Source: Candidatus Latescibacterota bacterium (GTDB taxonomy: Bacteria > Latescibacterota > UBA2968 > GCA-2709665). From it: a DNA stretch of 64,000 nucleotides. A program made the translations under genes and the position numbers. Positions 1 to 10,097 of this stretch are shown here, one piece after another (the first letter of the stretch is position 1; every line of letters begins with the position of its first letter). Location of the stretch: assembly GCA_965248435.1 (NCBI GenBank), contig OZ252100.1, positions 2,400,001 through 2,464,000 of the forward strand, read 5' to 3'. Under the pieces are notes generated by a model that was given only the letters and a program-made list of their open reading frames with translations, did not search any database and had not been told where the DNA came from.

Positions 1-706
1 CAAGGGTTCTACCGTCCGCTCCCCACGCGGCAGAGGCGATCCCTCTGGAATGACCTCCGAGCTTCTGGGCTTCCTGGAACACACCTGAGGAAAATGACCA
101 TATCTTGACTGTCTTGTCATCACTCGCGGTTGCGAGGCGCATGCCGTCCGGACTTGCCCTCACATCCCTGATGGATTTTCCGTGACCTGTCTGATGGCCA
201 CCCCATTCCCAGAATCTTCCCTCGAACAGCTCGTGCACATACAACCCACTTTCGCCATATACCGAAATGAGATAAGCATTATCCTTGGAGAAGCACGCAG
301 CCGTCCGACCTCTCAATGTCTGAATCTGCGCATATTGACCCTCTGAGCGATCAAACAGTTCGACGACGTCTCTTTGCCCTACGGCCAAATACGTACCATC
401 CCGACTAAACGTGAAACTCACCATCCCGGAATTGGTGAGTTTTTTCCTTTCCACGAGACTATCAGCCTCGAGAGCATAAATACCAAATTCTTTATCTGAT
501 CCAACCACCAGATTCTTTCCGTCGGGGCTGAACGCAATCGTCCCGATTTTTACACTCGGTCGCACGCCGAAGCTGGCACCCATACCACCGCCTGAATCGA
601 ACTCTGAAACGAATAGTTCGTCAACGACCTCAATATCGAGCTCCTGGGCAAGGGCAGGTAAGGCGCAAGTAAGTAGAACGAGGGCGGCGGTCATCGTGCG
701 TTTCAT
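1..706 (-). CDS. Secreted WD40-repeat protein, 3' end beyond the window edge (absent from ORF track)
   Basis: Manual translation from ATG 706 (SD GAGGAGG upstream): MKRTMTAALVLLTCALPALAQ signal peptide, then repeats TIAFSPDGKNLVVG, GHGKSIRDVRASPDGMRLATASDDKTVKIW, GHSRGIASAAWGADG; frame open to base 1. Confidence 0.9.
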   Translation of the reverse strand, partial: MKRTMTAALVLLTCALPALAQELDIEVVDELFVSEFDSGGGMGASFGVRPSVKIGTIAFSPDGKNLVVGSDKEFGIYALEADSLVERKKLTNSGMVSFTFSRDGTYLAVGQRDVVELFDRSEGQYAQIQTLRGRTAACFSKDNAYLISVYGESGLYVHELFEGRFWEWGGHQTGHGKSIRDVRASPDGMRLATASDDKTVKIWSFSSGVFQEAQKLGGHSRGIASAAWGADGRTL

Positions 707-777
707 ATCGTAACCTCCTCCTGATGTGCTGTGATCGCACCGGCAAACGTCTCACGTACGCTCAAGGACAATTAACA

Positions 778-1884
778 TCACCTCACCCTGAGTCGCCAGA
801 TCCTGACGGTAGCATCGTCGCTTCCAGATACGATGTATTTCCCGTCCGACCTGAACGCAAGGCTTTTCACGTTCATGCTGTGTCCCATGAGCGTGACAAC
901 GTTGGGAGATTCTGATCTGGACAGATCCCAAATCCTCACCCGATTGTCCTTTCCGCCGCTCGCAAGAAGCTTATTGTCCGGGCTGATGGCAACGGCGTAA
1001 ACCCCTTTCTTAGAGCCTTCTAAAACCCGGGTAGGCGAGAACCCGTTGTCGCCGAGCTCATATATCCTGATCTTCTTGTCGTCGCTTCCCACAGCAAAGA
1101 ACGACCCGTCTGCACTGAAGGCAACACTCTTGACACCCTTCTTGAAGTCCTTGAGCTGTTGGACCTCTTTGAATTTTCCACCAAGGTTCTCGTAAACCTT
1201 GACCGTCTTATCATCGTCGCCCGCGACCACGAATTTTCCGTCGGGGCTTATCGCAACACATTTAATCTTCTTTTTGTGCCCGAGGGATTGTAAATAGGCG
1301 TACTCCCCCTCGGCCTTTTCACACACTCTGACAGTCTTGTCGTCACTTGCAGTAGCGAGAACCTTGCCGTCCGAGCTCAAGGCCAGCGCTTTAACCCCCT
1401 TCTTGTGTCCCTCTAACACCTGGATCTCGGACAGGCCATCATCGGCGACTTCCAAGACCTTAACTTTCTTGTCGTCGGTTCCCAGGATGATGCGCGACCC
1501 ATCGGGGCTGAAGGCCGCGCAATTGACCTGCCACTCGACCGAAAACGTCTCTTTAAAGCCCCCAAGAGCAGCGCCGAAACCGGCCTTGACGGCCTCGACT
1601 TTACCCATACCTTCGAATGAAAGCTCCTCTTCCTCCAGACGATCTACATCCTGATTAGACTTCTTGTATCGGACACCCACGAGCTTCCGGACTCTCGGGC
1701 CCTCCGCAGAGTTGATGTAGAGGAGGCGCGTCCCATCGTTACTAAACGCCACAGGAGTTGCAGTGCCCGCGGCCCAGTGGACATCGTCGTAAATCGACTG
1801 CCATTCGGCACCCAGCAGTTCCTCCGACTTTACGTGCGAAGGGCAGACCAAAATCGCAATTAGTAGAACTCCTATCTTTCTCAT
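778..1884 (-). CDS. Secreted WD40-repeat beta-propeller protein
   Basis: Signal peptide; several GH..V..(L/V)A.S.DG..(L/I).(T/S).S.D.TV(R/K)(I/V)-type repeats ending IWD/IWR. Confidence 0.93.
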   Translation of the reverse strand: MRKIGVLLIAILVCPSHVKSEELLGAEWQSIYDDVHWAAGTATPVAFSNDGTRLLYINSAEGPRVRKLVGVRYKKSNQDVDRLEEEELSFEGMGKVEAVKAGFGAALGGFKETFSVEWQVNCAAFSPDGSRIILGTDDKKVKVLEVADDGLSEIQVLEGHKKGVKALALSSDGKVLATASDDKTVRVCEKAEGEYAYLQSLGHKKKIKCVAISPDGKFVVAGDDDKTVKVYENLGGKFKEVQQLKDFKKGVKSVAFSADGSFFAVGSDDKKIRIYELGDNGFSPTRVLEGSKKGVYAVAISPDNKLLASGGKDNRVRIWDLSRSESPNVVTLMGHSMNVKSLAFRSDGKYIVSGSDDATVRIWRLRVR

Positions 1885-3839
1885 GGGTCCGTCTCCTTTC
1901 TAGAGGCCTTTTCCCCCGTTGGTGTCTGTTGCACCGCGTCACCCGTCACAACATCGGGGCGCTGCGGTCGGTAATGCTCTACCACCTTCAGAATCTCGCT
2001 TGCCAGTTGGCCTGCTGTTTTTAGAGATGCAGCCTCCATGAGGTCAGAGCTGGATCTCACGTTGCTCCGAACGTTGAACTTTTGCACCTCACCTGAGGAC
2101 AGTCGCGAAAACCCGGCCATGGTCTTCGTGTAAAGATGACTCGGATCCACCCCACCCACACCCCAAGCTACGCTTTCCAACCGATTGTCGTCCACGATAT
2201 CTGCAAGGGTGCTCTGTTTGATGCTCTCCCCGGTGGTTGAATCAAGGATCTGATAATACACTCGAAACAGACTGTCGATCTCTTCGAGGTCCACGTAGTA
2301 ATAATAGCGCCGATCGCCCACCGTCTCCCTTTTCTGATTCCCCTCGCTGTCGGTGTAGGTCCGCTCCTTCAGCGTCCACGCCTCTTTCTCGGTTTGTGAA
2401 CTGAGGGTCATGGTGTAGGCTTCCGCGAGCTCGGCGAGCACAACAAGATGGATACCCGACTCACGTGAGGTCTTAAGGACCTCCTGCAGGCCGGCGTGCT
2501 TTGGGTTCATCCCAGAGGCTTCCCAGCGCCGGTCAAACAGATCCAGTTCTTCAAGCCGAACGTAGACCAGTTTTTGTCCTTCAATGCGCGAAAGCAGCCT
2601 CTGCTGGAACTGGGCTTCCAATTGCCTGCGGAACGGCTCCTGGGAGACCTTGAGCACGTCCCACTTCCTGCGCCCCTGAATCACCTCCAGGGGCCGCTTG
2701 TACCACCGCCGTTTCTCTGGGCCCAGCACAGATGCCAGATGACGCCTCATTTCGTCGGATGTGAAGAGGCAAAAGCCGACACTGAAACTCCCCTTCTCCA
2801 GGGCCTCTTCCATAAGAACAGCCGCATCCCGGAAGTTTGGAACCCTGTCGAGCGCTGCCCTGAACTCTTCGTAGGCCGAAAGGTAGTTCCCCTGCTCCGA
2901 GTGTTGCTTCGCCGAGCTGTAGTGATCGAGCGCCACAGCCTCCTCCGCCAGTCGCCGAGACTTAACTGCTTGATCCAGTGCGTCTTTGTAGTTCGGAACG
3001 AATCTCACCGACTTTCGAAACGAATGTTCCGCGTCCTCGTAGTCCTTTTCCTCGAGTGCCTCCAGGGCCCGTGTATAGGCCTTTTCAGCCTCCTTTTCCA
3101 GCTCGCCCGGAATCAGGAAGCGAGAAATCGCAGGAACAGTTACGATTCGTGCCTCACCGATGATCGAGAGCGGAATGCCTGAACGGCTCAGATCCGGCAC
3201 AGCGTCTCCATCAACCTGATCAAATCTCCAGTGCCCGACGAGGCCTCTTTCATTCCCTTTGAGCGCGCGGTCCATATGCGTCTTGATCTTCTTCCGCGAT
3301 CTGCGCCGGTCCCACACCCGGATCTCGCCGATGTACCCCTGGAGCAACTTATCTTTGGGCCAGTTGGATTTGCCGAAGTACTTTGATCCCTCGGTAATCT
3401 GCTCAAGCCCCCCCTCGTAATTGTCGTCGTCCCTCCGTTTCCCGTTCACGTAGAACTCCATCCCACCGATCCCGCAGACCGCGGCGAGGTGGACCCATTC
3501 GCCCAGCTTCACCGCCTTCTTGGCTCGCGTCCGATGGCGCTTGCCCTGGCGATCGAAAATGGCAAAGTTCACCGTGCTGGAGCTCTTTTCGGTCTGAATT
3601 ACGAGGGCATTGCCTTCCCGGCCCCAATCCAGCACACGTGCCCACTTGTTGAACCGCTTCCACTTCACCCAGACTTCCACGGTGGCCTCCGTCAGGTCAT
3701 CGAAGGCGTGGGCAGGAAGCTCCAGGTAGCTGTCCACCCCGTTCAAGTACACGACGTTCATCCTGTAGCCGCCTAGGTCTTCGGCGAAGGCCGATGCACA
3801 ACTCAGCAGCACGCAGGCACTTGTCATCGCAACAAGCAC
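1881..3839 (-). CDS. Secreted LamG/ConA-like jellyroll + TPR-like + alpha/beta C-terminal domain protein (start uncertain, may extend to 3881)
   Basis: TVEVWVK, WVHLAAV, FYVNG, GYIGEIRVWD, GLVGHWRFD LamG signatures; helical TPR-like segments (Y..A...F..ALDRVPNFRDA); 4-bp overlap with WD40 gene. Confidence 0.8.
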   Translation of the reverse strand: MLVAMTSACVLLSCASAFAEDLGGYRMNVVYLNGVDSYLELPAHAFDDLTEATVEVWVKWKRFNKWARVLDWGREGNALVIQTEKSSSTVNFAIFDRQGKRHRTRAKKAVKLGEWVHLAAVCGIGGMEFYVNGKRRDDDNYEGGLEQITEGSKYFGKSNWPKDKLLQGYIGEIRVWDRRRSRKKIKTHMDRALKGNERGLVGHWRFDQVDGDAVPDLSRSGIPLSIIGEARIVTVPAISRFLIPGELEKEAEKAYTRALEALEEKDYEDAEHSFRKSVRFVPNYKDALDQAVKSRRLAEEAVALDHYSSAKQHSEQGNYLSAYEEFRAALDRVPNFRDAAVLMEEALEKGSFSVGFCLFTSDEMRRHLASVLGPEKRRWYKRPLEVIQGRRKWDVLKVSQEPFRRQLEAQFQQRLLSRIEGQKLVYVRLEELDLFDRRWEASGMNPKHAGLQEVLKTSRESGIHLVVLAELAEAYTMTLSSQTEKEAWTLKERTYTDSEGNQKRETVGDRRYYYYVDLEEIDSLFRVYYQILDSTTGESIKQSTLADIVDDNRLESVAWGVGGVDPSHLYTKTMAGFSRLSSGEVQKFNVRSNVRSSSDLMEAASLKTAGQLASEILKVVEHYRPQRPDVVTGDAVQQTPTGEKASRKETDP

Positions 3840-3979
3840 TGCGATTGAGCACGTTGATAGAATGGTCTTTGATATCTTAATGGGGCCCCCTTATGAAGAC
3901 GCAACGGGTCACTTGGACGAGTGGAAACCACGTGGCATCATCTGCGCTTTAAGATAAAGCCCAATCTTCCAGCACGCGC

Positions 3980-4007
3980 AAAAAGCCGCACCTTAACAGA
4001 TGCGGCT
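3980..4007 (-). terminator. Intrinsic terminator upstream of the LamG/WD40 operon
   Basis: Minus strand AGCCGCATCT-GTTA-AGGTGCGGCT-TTTT. Confidence 0.65.
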
Positions 4008-4077
4008 CCAGCGAGCTTCTTCCCGACCAGAAAACCCACCCGGCATCCGTCGTTTTTTTTCTACCTAATGTTCAGGC

Positions 4078-4107
4078 AAGTTAATTTCTGACATTAGCCA
4101 ATGTCAA
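4078..4107 (-). promoter_or_regulatory. sigma70-like promoter overlapped by a palindromic operator
   Basis: Minus strand TTGACA-18 nt-TAACTT; palindrome TGACATT-AGCC-AATGTCA at 4089-4106. Confidence 0.5.
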
Positions 4108-4247
4108 GCCGAATCTGGGTCCTGCACTGCTCAATGGAGCGTTTGCGTAAGCCCCTTTTTTTTGCGTCTTTGAGGGGTAAATTCGATGCGCCCTCGGCGC
4201 CAATTCAGTACCTCCCGCGCCTCAGGTATCCACGAGAATCAACCCGC

Positions 4248-4903
4248 GTGCACAGCTCAAAACTCAGAGGGACGGACTTCCAGATCCGATATCGCGGAGA
4301 GGAGATCAGCCACGCCGATTTCTTCTCGGATCTCGCGAAAACCGACCGGCTCGGCGTGCTCGCGCCGGCGCGATACGAGGGCGCAGGGGCCGTTACCCTC
4401 ATCCTGGCCTACGTCACCGCCTTCTATGATCGCTACCGCGCGGAGGGAGACGATTTCTTCGCCTATCCGGACTTCTTTACCTTTCAAAGACGCGAGCCAA
4501 TCGCCAGCTACGGATGGCTGGACATCTCGCCGGGTCACAAGAACGTCCGCGTTCCTGACGGCGCCAACGAAACCGCTCAGGCGATCACCGATCGGGCGTG
4601 AACGTCCTGCTCGTTCCGGAAAGTGAGAATTCCCACGATCCATCATACGAGAAGGTGCAGCTAGAAAGCCTTCGCAGAAACATCAGGCGTTGTTTTGTCT
4701 ATTCACCGAGCGGCCGTGTCGACGCGGCAGACCTCGAGATCAGCAGCGGCTATTCTGAGATCCGCGATTGGATCGCCAAGATGTTCGACTCGGTCGCGGA
4801 ACTAAAATCGCAAAAAGATCAGTGGTTCGCATCTGTTGAACTGCCGCCGCTTCGCCAGTCTTTTCGCGAAGTCGAACTGAACGAAGCGCTGCGTCTCTTA
4901 TAG
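4248..4903 (+). pseudogene. Hypothetical protein split by a frameshift near 4594-4597 (or sequencing error)
   Basis: GTG 4248 VHSSKLRGTDF...AITDR; adding one G to the GGG run joins it to VNVLLVP of ORF 4598..4903. Confidence 0.65.
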
Positions 4904-4933
4904 CGAACCCGTAACCGAATCACGAGGTAACGA

Positions 4934-6402
4934 ATGAGAGTCGCCATCGGCGTTTTCTGTCACGAGACCAGCACCTTCACTCCGGTGCAGACCACTTGGG
5001 ACAATTTCCGCAACGAGCGGTTTGGCTACCTCGTCGGCGACGAGCTGATTACCACATTCAGGGGCACAGGCACATCGATCGGCGGATTCATCCAGGCCGC
5101 GGATGATCACGGTTTCGAACTCGTCCCGACCATCCTCGCCAACGCCTCCCCGAGCGCGCCGACGCCCCGCGACGTCTTCGACGCCATCCTGAACGACCTG
5201 CTGGACCGAATCGATGCGGGCGGACCGGTCGACGGTGTCCTGTTGGAGCTGCACGGCGCCATGGTCGTCGAGGGGATCGACGACGGCGACGGGCACATCT
5301 TCTCGGCCCTCCGGGAGCGCGTCGGAAAGGACGTGCCGATTCTCGCCCAGCTCGACATCCACTCCAACATGTCGCCCGAGATGGTCGAGAAGGCGGACGT
5401 ACTCATCGGCAGGGAGACCTATCCGGAAATCGATCAGGTCGAGCGCGCCCGCGAGTGCGGAGACGTATTGATGCGGATCAAAAACGACCGTGTGCGTCCG
5501 ACGATGGCCCTCTGCAGGATCCCGCTCGTCTGGGGCATGAACCAGATTACTGCGCACTCCCCCATGCGCGAGGCCATCGCAGAGCTGCACCGAATCGAGG
5601 CCCTGCCAGGCGTCGTCTGCGGCTCGATCTCCACCTGTTATCCCCTGGCCGATATCCCCACATGGGTGCCTCGACCTACATCGTCACGGACAACGATCAG
5701 GACCTCGCCCAGAAATGTGCGGATGAACTCGGTGACTGGATCTTCGAGCGCAGGGCGGACTGGCAGACCACGCGGCCCACGACGCGCGAGGCCCTGGAGC
5801 AGGCCGAGGCCGCGGGAAAATTTCCCGCGATCTTTTCAGACCGAAACGACAACACCGGCGGCGGTTCTGCCGGCGACAGCACCGGCGTCCTGCGCACCTT
5901 CATCGACGCCGGGCTCTCGGACGCCTGCATCCTCTACATCGTGGACCCCGAAGCGGTGAAGCAGTGCGAGCAGGCGGGCGAGGGCACGCGCCTGGAACTG
6001 GACGTGGGCGCGAAGTCCAGCCCCCTCCAGGGCGAGCCGGTGCGCATGGACGTGAAGGTGGTGAAGCTCTCGGACGGCTACTTCACCTACGACGGACCGA
6101 GGAACGCGGGGCTGGAGGGGTGCATGGGGCCTTCGGCCTACATCAGACAGGACGGGATCCACGTCTTGCTCGTCAGCATGAGAGAACAGCCCTTCGGCCC
6201 GGCGTTCTCGCGCACGATGGGTCTGGACCCCCAGAAGATGCGCTACATCGGGATCAAATCCACCGCTCACTTCCGCGCCGGGTTCGAATCCTGGGCCGGC
6301 TCGATCTACTCGGTCAATGAGCCCGGGATAAACAATCCGCCCGGCGGCGCTAGCGCGTTTCATAACCTCGGTCGCAAGCTGTATCCCTTTCACGATATCT
6401 AA
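4934..6402 (+). pseudogene. M81/MlrC family metallopeptidase, frameshifted at ~5656-5660
   Basis: HETSTF, LELHGAMV, LDIHSN motifs in one frame; DNTGGGSAGD, KSTAHFRAGF C-terminal MlrC motifs in another; one extra C in the CCCC run restores ADIPHMG. Confidence 0.85.
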
Positions 6403-6429
6403 ACGGGTACCGGGAAAAGAAAAAATGAT

Positions 6430-6552
6430 TCGCGAAATTCAAATCCCCCCTGCCCCCCTTTTTCAAAGGGGGGACATTGCTCTCAGTGAATTGGTTCCCA
6501 ATCAGAGAGTTGATTCTTCCCCCTTTCTCAAAGGGGGACTGAGGGGGATTTC
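6430..6552. repeat. Double-palindrome intergenic repeat, family A (CCCCCTTT-n-AAAGGGGG)
   Basis: Two hairpins with terminal IR AAATCCCCC...GGGGGATTT; homologous to 19542-19742 (inverted) and 53423-53508. Confidence 0.85.
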
Positions 6553-6607
6553 AAAGTGATAGACGCTTATCCTCTCGACCTTCGATCGATTTGAAGGAGG
6601 CCATTCG

Positions 6608-8491
6608 ATGGGCAGCATCCAAATCCGAGACAATCTCGCCACTGCCTACAGCGACGTCTATACCCCGGAAGTGATGGAGGCCCTGTCGGCACTCGCTCGA
6701 TTCAACGATGACCAGAAAGCGGTCATGGCCAAAAGAATCGAAAGAAGGGCGGAGCGCCAGAGAAACAAACAGCGCATCACCTTCCTCGATCCCGAAGAGA
6801 ACATCGAGGGGACCGACATCAACGTGGGCGACGCCAGGGCGGGCAAGTTCGTCGGCTCGGAGATTCCGCACGATCTTCAGCGACAGTGGATCCAGGGCAC
6901 AGGCCCGGCCGCGAAGCCGAACGCACCGATCGACCGAAGCATCAGAAACGTCGCTTACGCACTGCTGTCCGGCGCCGACGGCTGGATGTTCGACGGCGAA
7001 GATGCGCTCGGTCAGATCACGACGATGTCGCTCGACAACCTGAGAAACCTGAAGCTGGCTATCCAGAAGGATCCGGTCTTCCTGAAGGCTGCCGAGCAGG
7101 TCGCGAGCGAGATGAACGAATGGGCTTCAGGGTTCTTCGGTCGAGCGCTCATCGAGGACTGGGAGAAACAGCTCGATTTCACCACGAAGATCTTCCGCGC
7201 GAGGGGCCTGCATCTGGACGACCGGCACATCCGCGATTCAGACGGCGTGGCATTCTCCGCGTCGATCGCCGACATCACCCTCTACATCGTGAACAATCAC
7301 CGGCAGCTGCGCGACGCCGGGTCATCCATCGTCCTCTATCTGCCGAAGATCCAGACCGCGGAAGAGGCCGCGCTCTGGAACGACATGCTCTCGGCCCTCG
7401 AGGCCCATCTCAAGCTCCCAGAAGGCACGGTCAAAGTCTACGTCCTCGTCGAACAGCTCGAGGCGACCTTCCAGCTCATGGAAATCCGCGCGGCGCTGAG
7501 CAGGCACTTCGCCGGCTACAACACCGGGCGATGGGACTATATCAACAGCGTGGCCGACGCGATGGCGTGGGAGCAGACGTTCATCAATCCCGCGATCGAG
7601 TCCATCACGATGACCTATGGCTACATGAGGAACTACGAAGACCGGGTCCGCCGCGCCGTCAACACTGCAGACGTGAATGGTAACTTCGCGCTCTGGCAGG
7701 GCGGCATGGAGCCCAACATCCCCGTCGGGTCCAAAGAGGGCGTCGCATCCAGCATGGGAAAAGCGGTCGCGGGCGCCACACGAGAGGAGAAGGAAGGGGC
7801 CAGCGGCAAGTGGGTCGCCCACTGGAAGATGGTCCACATCGTGCGCCCCGTGTGGGAGGAAGTGGGCGAAGCCAATCAGCTCGGAAGAGAATTTCCCCCG
7901 CTCACCTACACGCAGGAAGACGCCGACGGCCTCGTGCTCCTCGAACCTGAACCCCGGACGATCCGCGGCGCGCGGAACCTCCTGAGTGTCGCACTGCAAT
8001 ACGGCAACGCATTCGGCCAGGGGCTTCAGGCGGCGGCGCTCAAGCCGGCCGACTTCTTCGGTGACGACAACGTGATGTATCTCATGGAAGACATGGCGAC
8101 CGGAGAGATTCGCCTCAGCATCCTGTGGGAGTGGCTTCACAAGGGTGGGACGCTCACGGATGACGATCCGGAGACCGGGGCGAAGTCGGGAGACGCGTTC
8201 ACGGTAGATCTGTTCCGACGCTTGCTGGCGGAGGAGTATGAGAAGCTCCTCCAGGCAAATGACAAGGATGTTCACGACGACTCAAAGGGTACCACCGTGC
8301 CCATCGCCCGGGAGATCGTGGAAACCTACGTGATGGATGAGGTGAAGGCCCCCTGGTACATCGATCTCCTGAACATCAACCTCAACAACCACGATCTGTC
8401 AATGGCCAAACAGCGTATTCGCCTCTACATGGAAGCCTTCAAGAAAGACGGCACCCGAATCACAGAGAATCTAGACTTTGTAGAAGCTTGA
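6608..8491 (+). CDS. Malate synthase
   Basis: WMFDGED, IFRARGLHL, YLPKIQ..EEAALWND, NTGRWDYI, W.AH, LMEDMATGEI motifs; SD GAAGGAGG. Confidence 0.93.
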   Translation: MGSIQIRDNLATAYSDVYTPEVMEALSALARFNDDQKAVMAKRIERRAERQRNKQRITFLDPEENIEGTDINVGDARAGKFVGSEIPHDLQRQWIQGTGPAAKPNAPIDRSIRNVAYALLSGADGWMFDGEDALGQITTMSLDNLRNLKLAIQKDPVFLKAAEQVASEMNEWASGFFGRALIEDWEKQLDFTTKIFRARGLHLDDRHIRDSDGVAFSASIADITLYIVNNHRQLRDAGSSIVLYLPKIQTAEEAALWNDMLSALEAHLKLPEGTVKVYVLVEQLEATFQLMEIRAALSRHFAGYNTGRWDYINSVADAMAWEQTFINPAIESITMTYGYMRNYEDRVRRAVNTADVNGNFALWQGGMEPNIPVGSKEGVASSMGKAVAGATREEKEGASGKWVAHWKMVHIVRPVWEEVGEANQLGREFPPLTYTQEDADGLVLLEPEPRTIRGARNLLSVALQYGNAFGQGLQAAALKPADFFGDDNVMYLMEDMATGEIRLSILWEWLHKGGTLTDDDPETGAKSGDAFTVDLFRRLLAEEYEKLLQANDKDVHDDSKGTTVPIAREIVETYVMDEVKAPWYIDLLNINLNNHDLSMAKQRIRLYMEAFKKDGTRITENLDFVEA

Positions 8492-8507
8492 GTCTGGAGA
8501 TCGAGGC

Positions 8508-10097
8508 ATGAGTATGAGCATCAAGTGCACTTCGAAAGTCCCCCGCCAGACCTTCGCGACCACACTGGAAACGCAGCAGGAGCAGTTGAAGACGGATGAG
8601 CTGATGCTGCGCTACGCGGTGTCGCGCGAACAGCACGCCGCCGATCCGTACCTGCCCGCTTACCACTTCGTCAATCCAGAAGGCCCCATGAACGACCCGA
8701 ACGGGCTCTGCCACTGGCAGGAGCGCTATCATCTCTTTTACCAGACCAAACCTCCAGAAGACCCGCGCGAGCACTGGGGCCACACGATCAGCGACGACCT
8801 GGTCCACTGGAAAGACCTCCCTCTGGCCATCCACCCCGGCATCGAAGCCGCCTGTTTCAGCGGCAGCTCGCTGGTCGAGGAAGACCGGGTCATCGCCATC
8901 TACCACGGCCTCAAGACGGGCAACATGGTCGCCGTGTCCAGCGACCCGCTCCTCCTCAACTGGGAGAAGATCCCCGGCAACCCCGTCATCCCGATCGTCG
9001 AGGTGGACGAGACGCAGCGCCCCTACCGTGTCTTCGACCCCTGCATCTGGAAAGAAGATGACGGCTACTACGCGCTGTCAGGTACCTACCTGGATGGGGC
9101 GATCCGCCACGACTGTCGGATGGCCCAGCACCTGTTCTTTTCGCAGGATCTGAAGTCCTGGACCTATACGGGAGAGTTCGTCGAAGGTGATGTCTTCACC
9201 GGGCGGGGTGAGGACGGAGCGGTTCCCTATTTCTGGCCAATCGGCGACAAGCACATCCTGTTGTTCGCCAGCCACACACGCGGGGCGCAGTATCTGCTCG
9301 GCGACTACGAAAAGGCGCGTCAGAAATTCAAACCGTTCGCGCACGGCCGGTTCAACTTTGGATGCATCCATTCCGGCGCCGTCCACGCCCCCTGCGGCAC
9401 CCCCGATGGCGAGGGCGGCGTCTACCTTATCTGCAACATCAACGACGCCAGACCGACCGAGGGCTGGAACCACCTGATGTCTCTCGTGCGTCTGCTGACC
9501 CTGCGCGAGGACAACACACTGGGCATCGAACCTGTCCGAACTGTCGAAGCACTCCGATCCGAGCACGAACGGCTCGGTGAGACCTCCCTGCCCGCAAACC
9601 GGGAGGTCGTGCTCGAGGGTGTCCAGGGGAACACGATGGAGCTCGCCGTTGAGGTCGATCCCCGTAGCGCGCGAGAGATCTGCCTCCACGTTCTGCGTTC
9701 ACCCGGCGGAGAGGAGACGACCGAGGTCAAATTCTTCCGGCGCGGCTACATGAGGACGCATAAAGAGGATGGGAAACACCATCAGGACGCGCTCGTGATC
9801 GACACGTCCCGATCGTCGCTGCTGCCCGATGTGAAAGCACGTCCTCCCGAAATCGCGCCGTTCGAGCTCCCGTCGAATGAAACACTCAAGCTTCGAATCT
9901 TCCTGGACCGAAGCGTCGTCGAGGTCTTCGCCAACGGCACGCAATGTCTCGCCCTGCGGGTCTATCCCGAGCGCAGGGACAGCGTGGGTGTGGCCATCCG
10001 CGCTCAGGGTGGAGACGCGGTCCTGCACTCGCTCGATGCGTGGCAGATGAATAGCATTTACAAGCAGACGGCGGACGACGGACGGCAGACCGCCTAA
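8508..10097 (+). CDS. Glycoside hydrolase family 32-like protein
   Basis: MNDPNG, YHLFYQ, WGH..S.DLVHW, FSGS, FDP motifs; C-terminal beta-sandwich LRIFLDRSVVEVF. Confidence 0.9.
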   Translation: MSMSIKCTSKVPRQTFATTLETQQEQLKTDELMLRYAVSREQHAADPYLPAYHFVNPEGPMNDPNGLCHWQERYHLFYQTKPPEDPREHWGHTISDDLVHWKDLPLAIHPGIEAACFSGSSLVEEDRVIAIYHGLKTGNMVAVSSDPLLLNWEKIPGNPVIPIVEVDETQRPYRVFDPCIWKEDDGYYALSGTYLDGAIRHDCRMAQHLFFSQDLKSWTYTGEFVEGDVFTGRGEDGAVPYFWPIGDKHILLFASHTRGAQYLLGDYEKARQKFKPFAHGRFNFGCIHSGAVHAPCGTPDGEGGVYLICNINDARPTEGWNHLMSLVRLLTLREDNTLGIEPVRTVEALRSEHERLGETSLPANREVVLEGVQGNTMELAVEVDPRSAREICLHVLRSPGGEETTEVKFFRRGYMRTHKEDGKHHQDALVIDTSRSSLLPDVKARPPEIAPFELPSNETLKLRIFLDRSVVEVFANGTQCLALRVYPERRDSVGVAIRAQGGDAVLHSLDAWQMNSIYKQTADDGRQTA

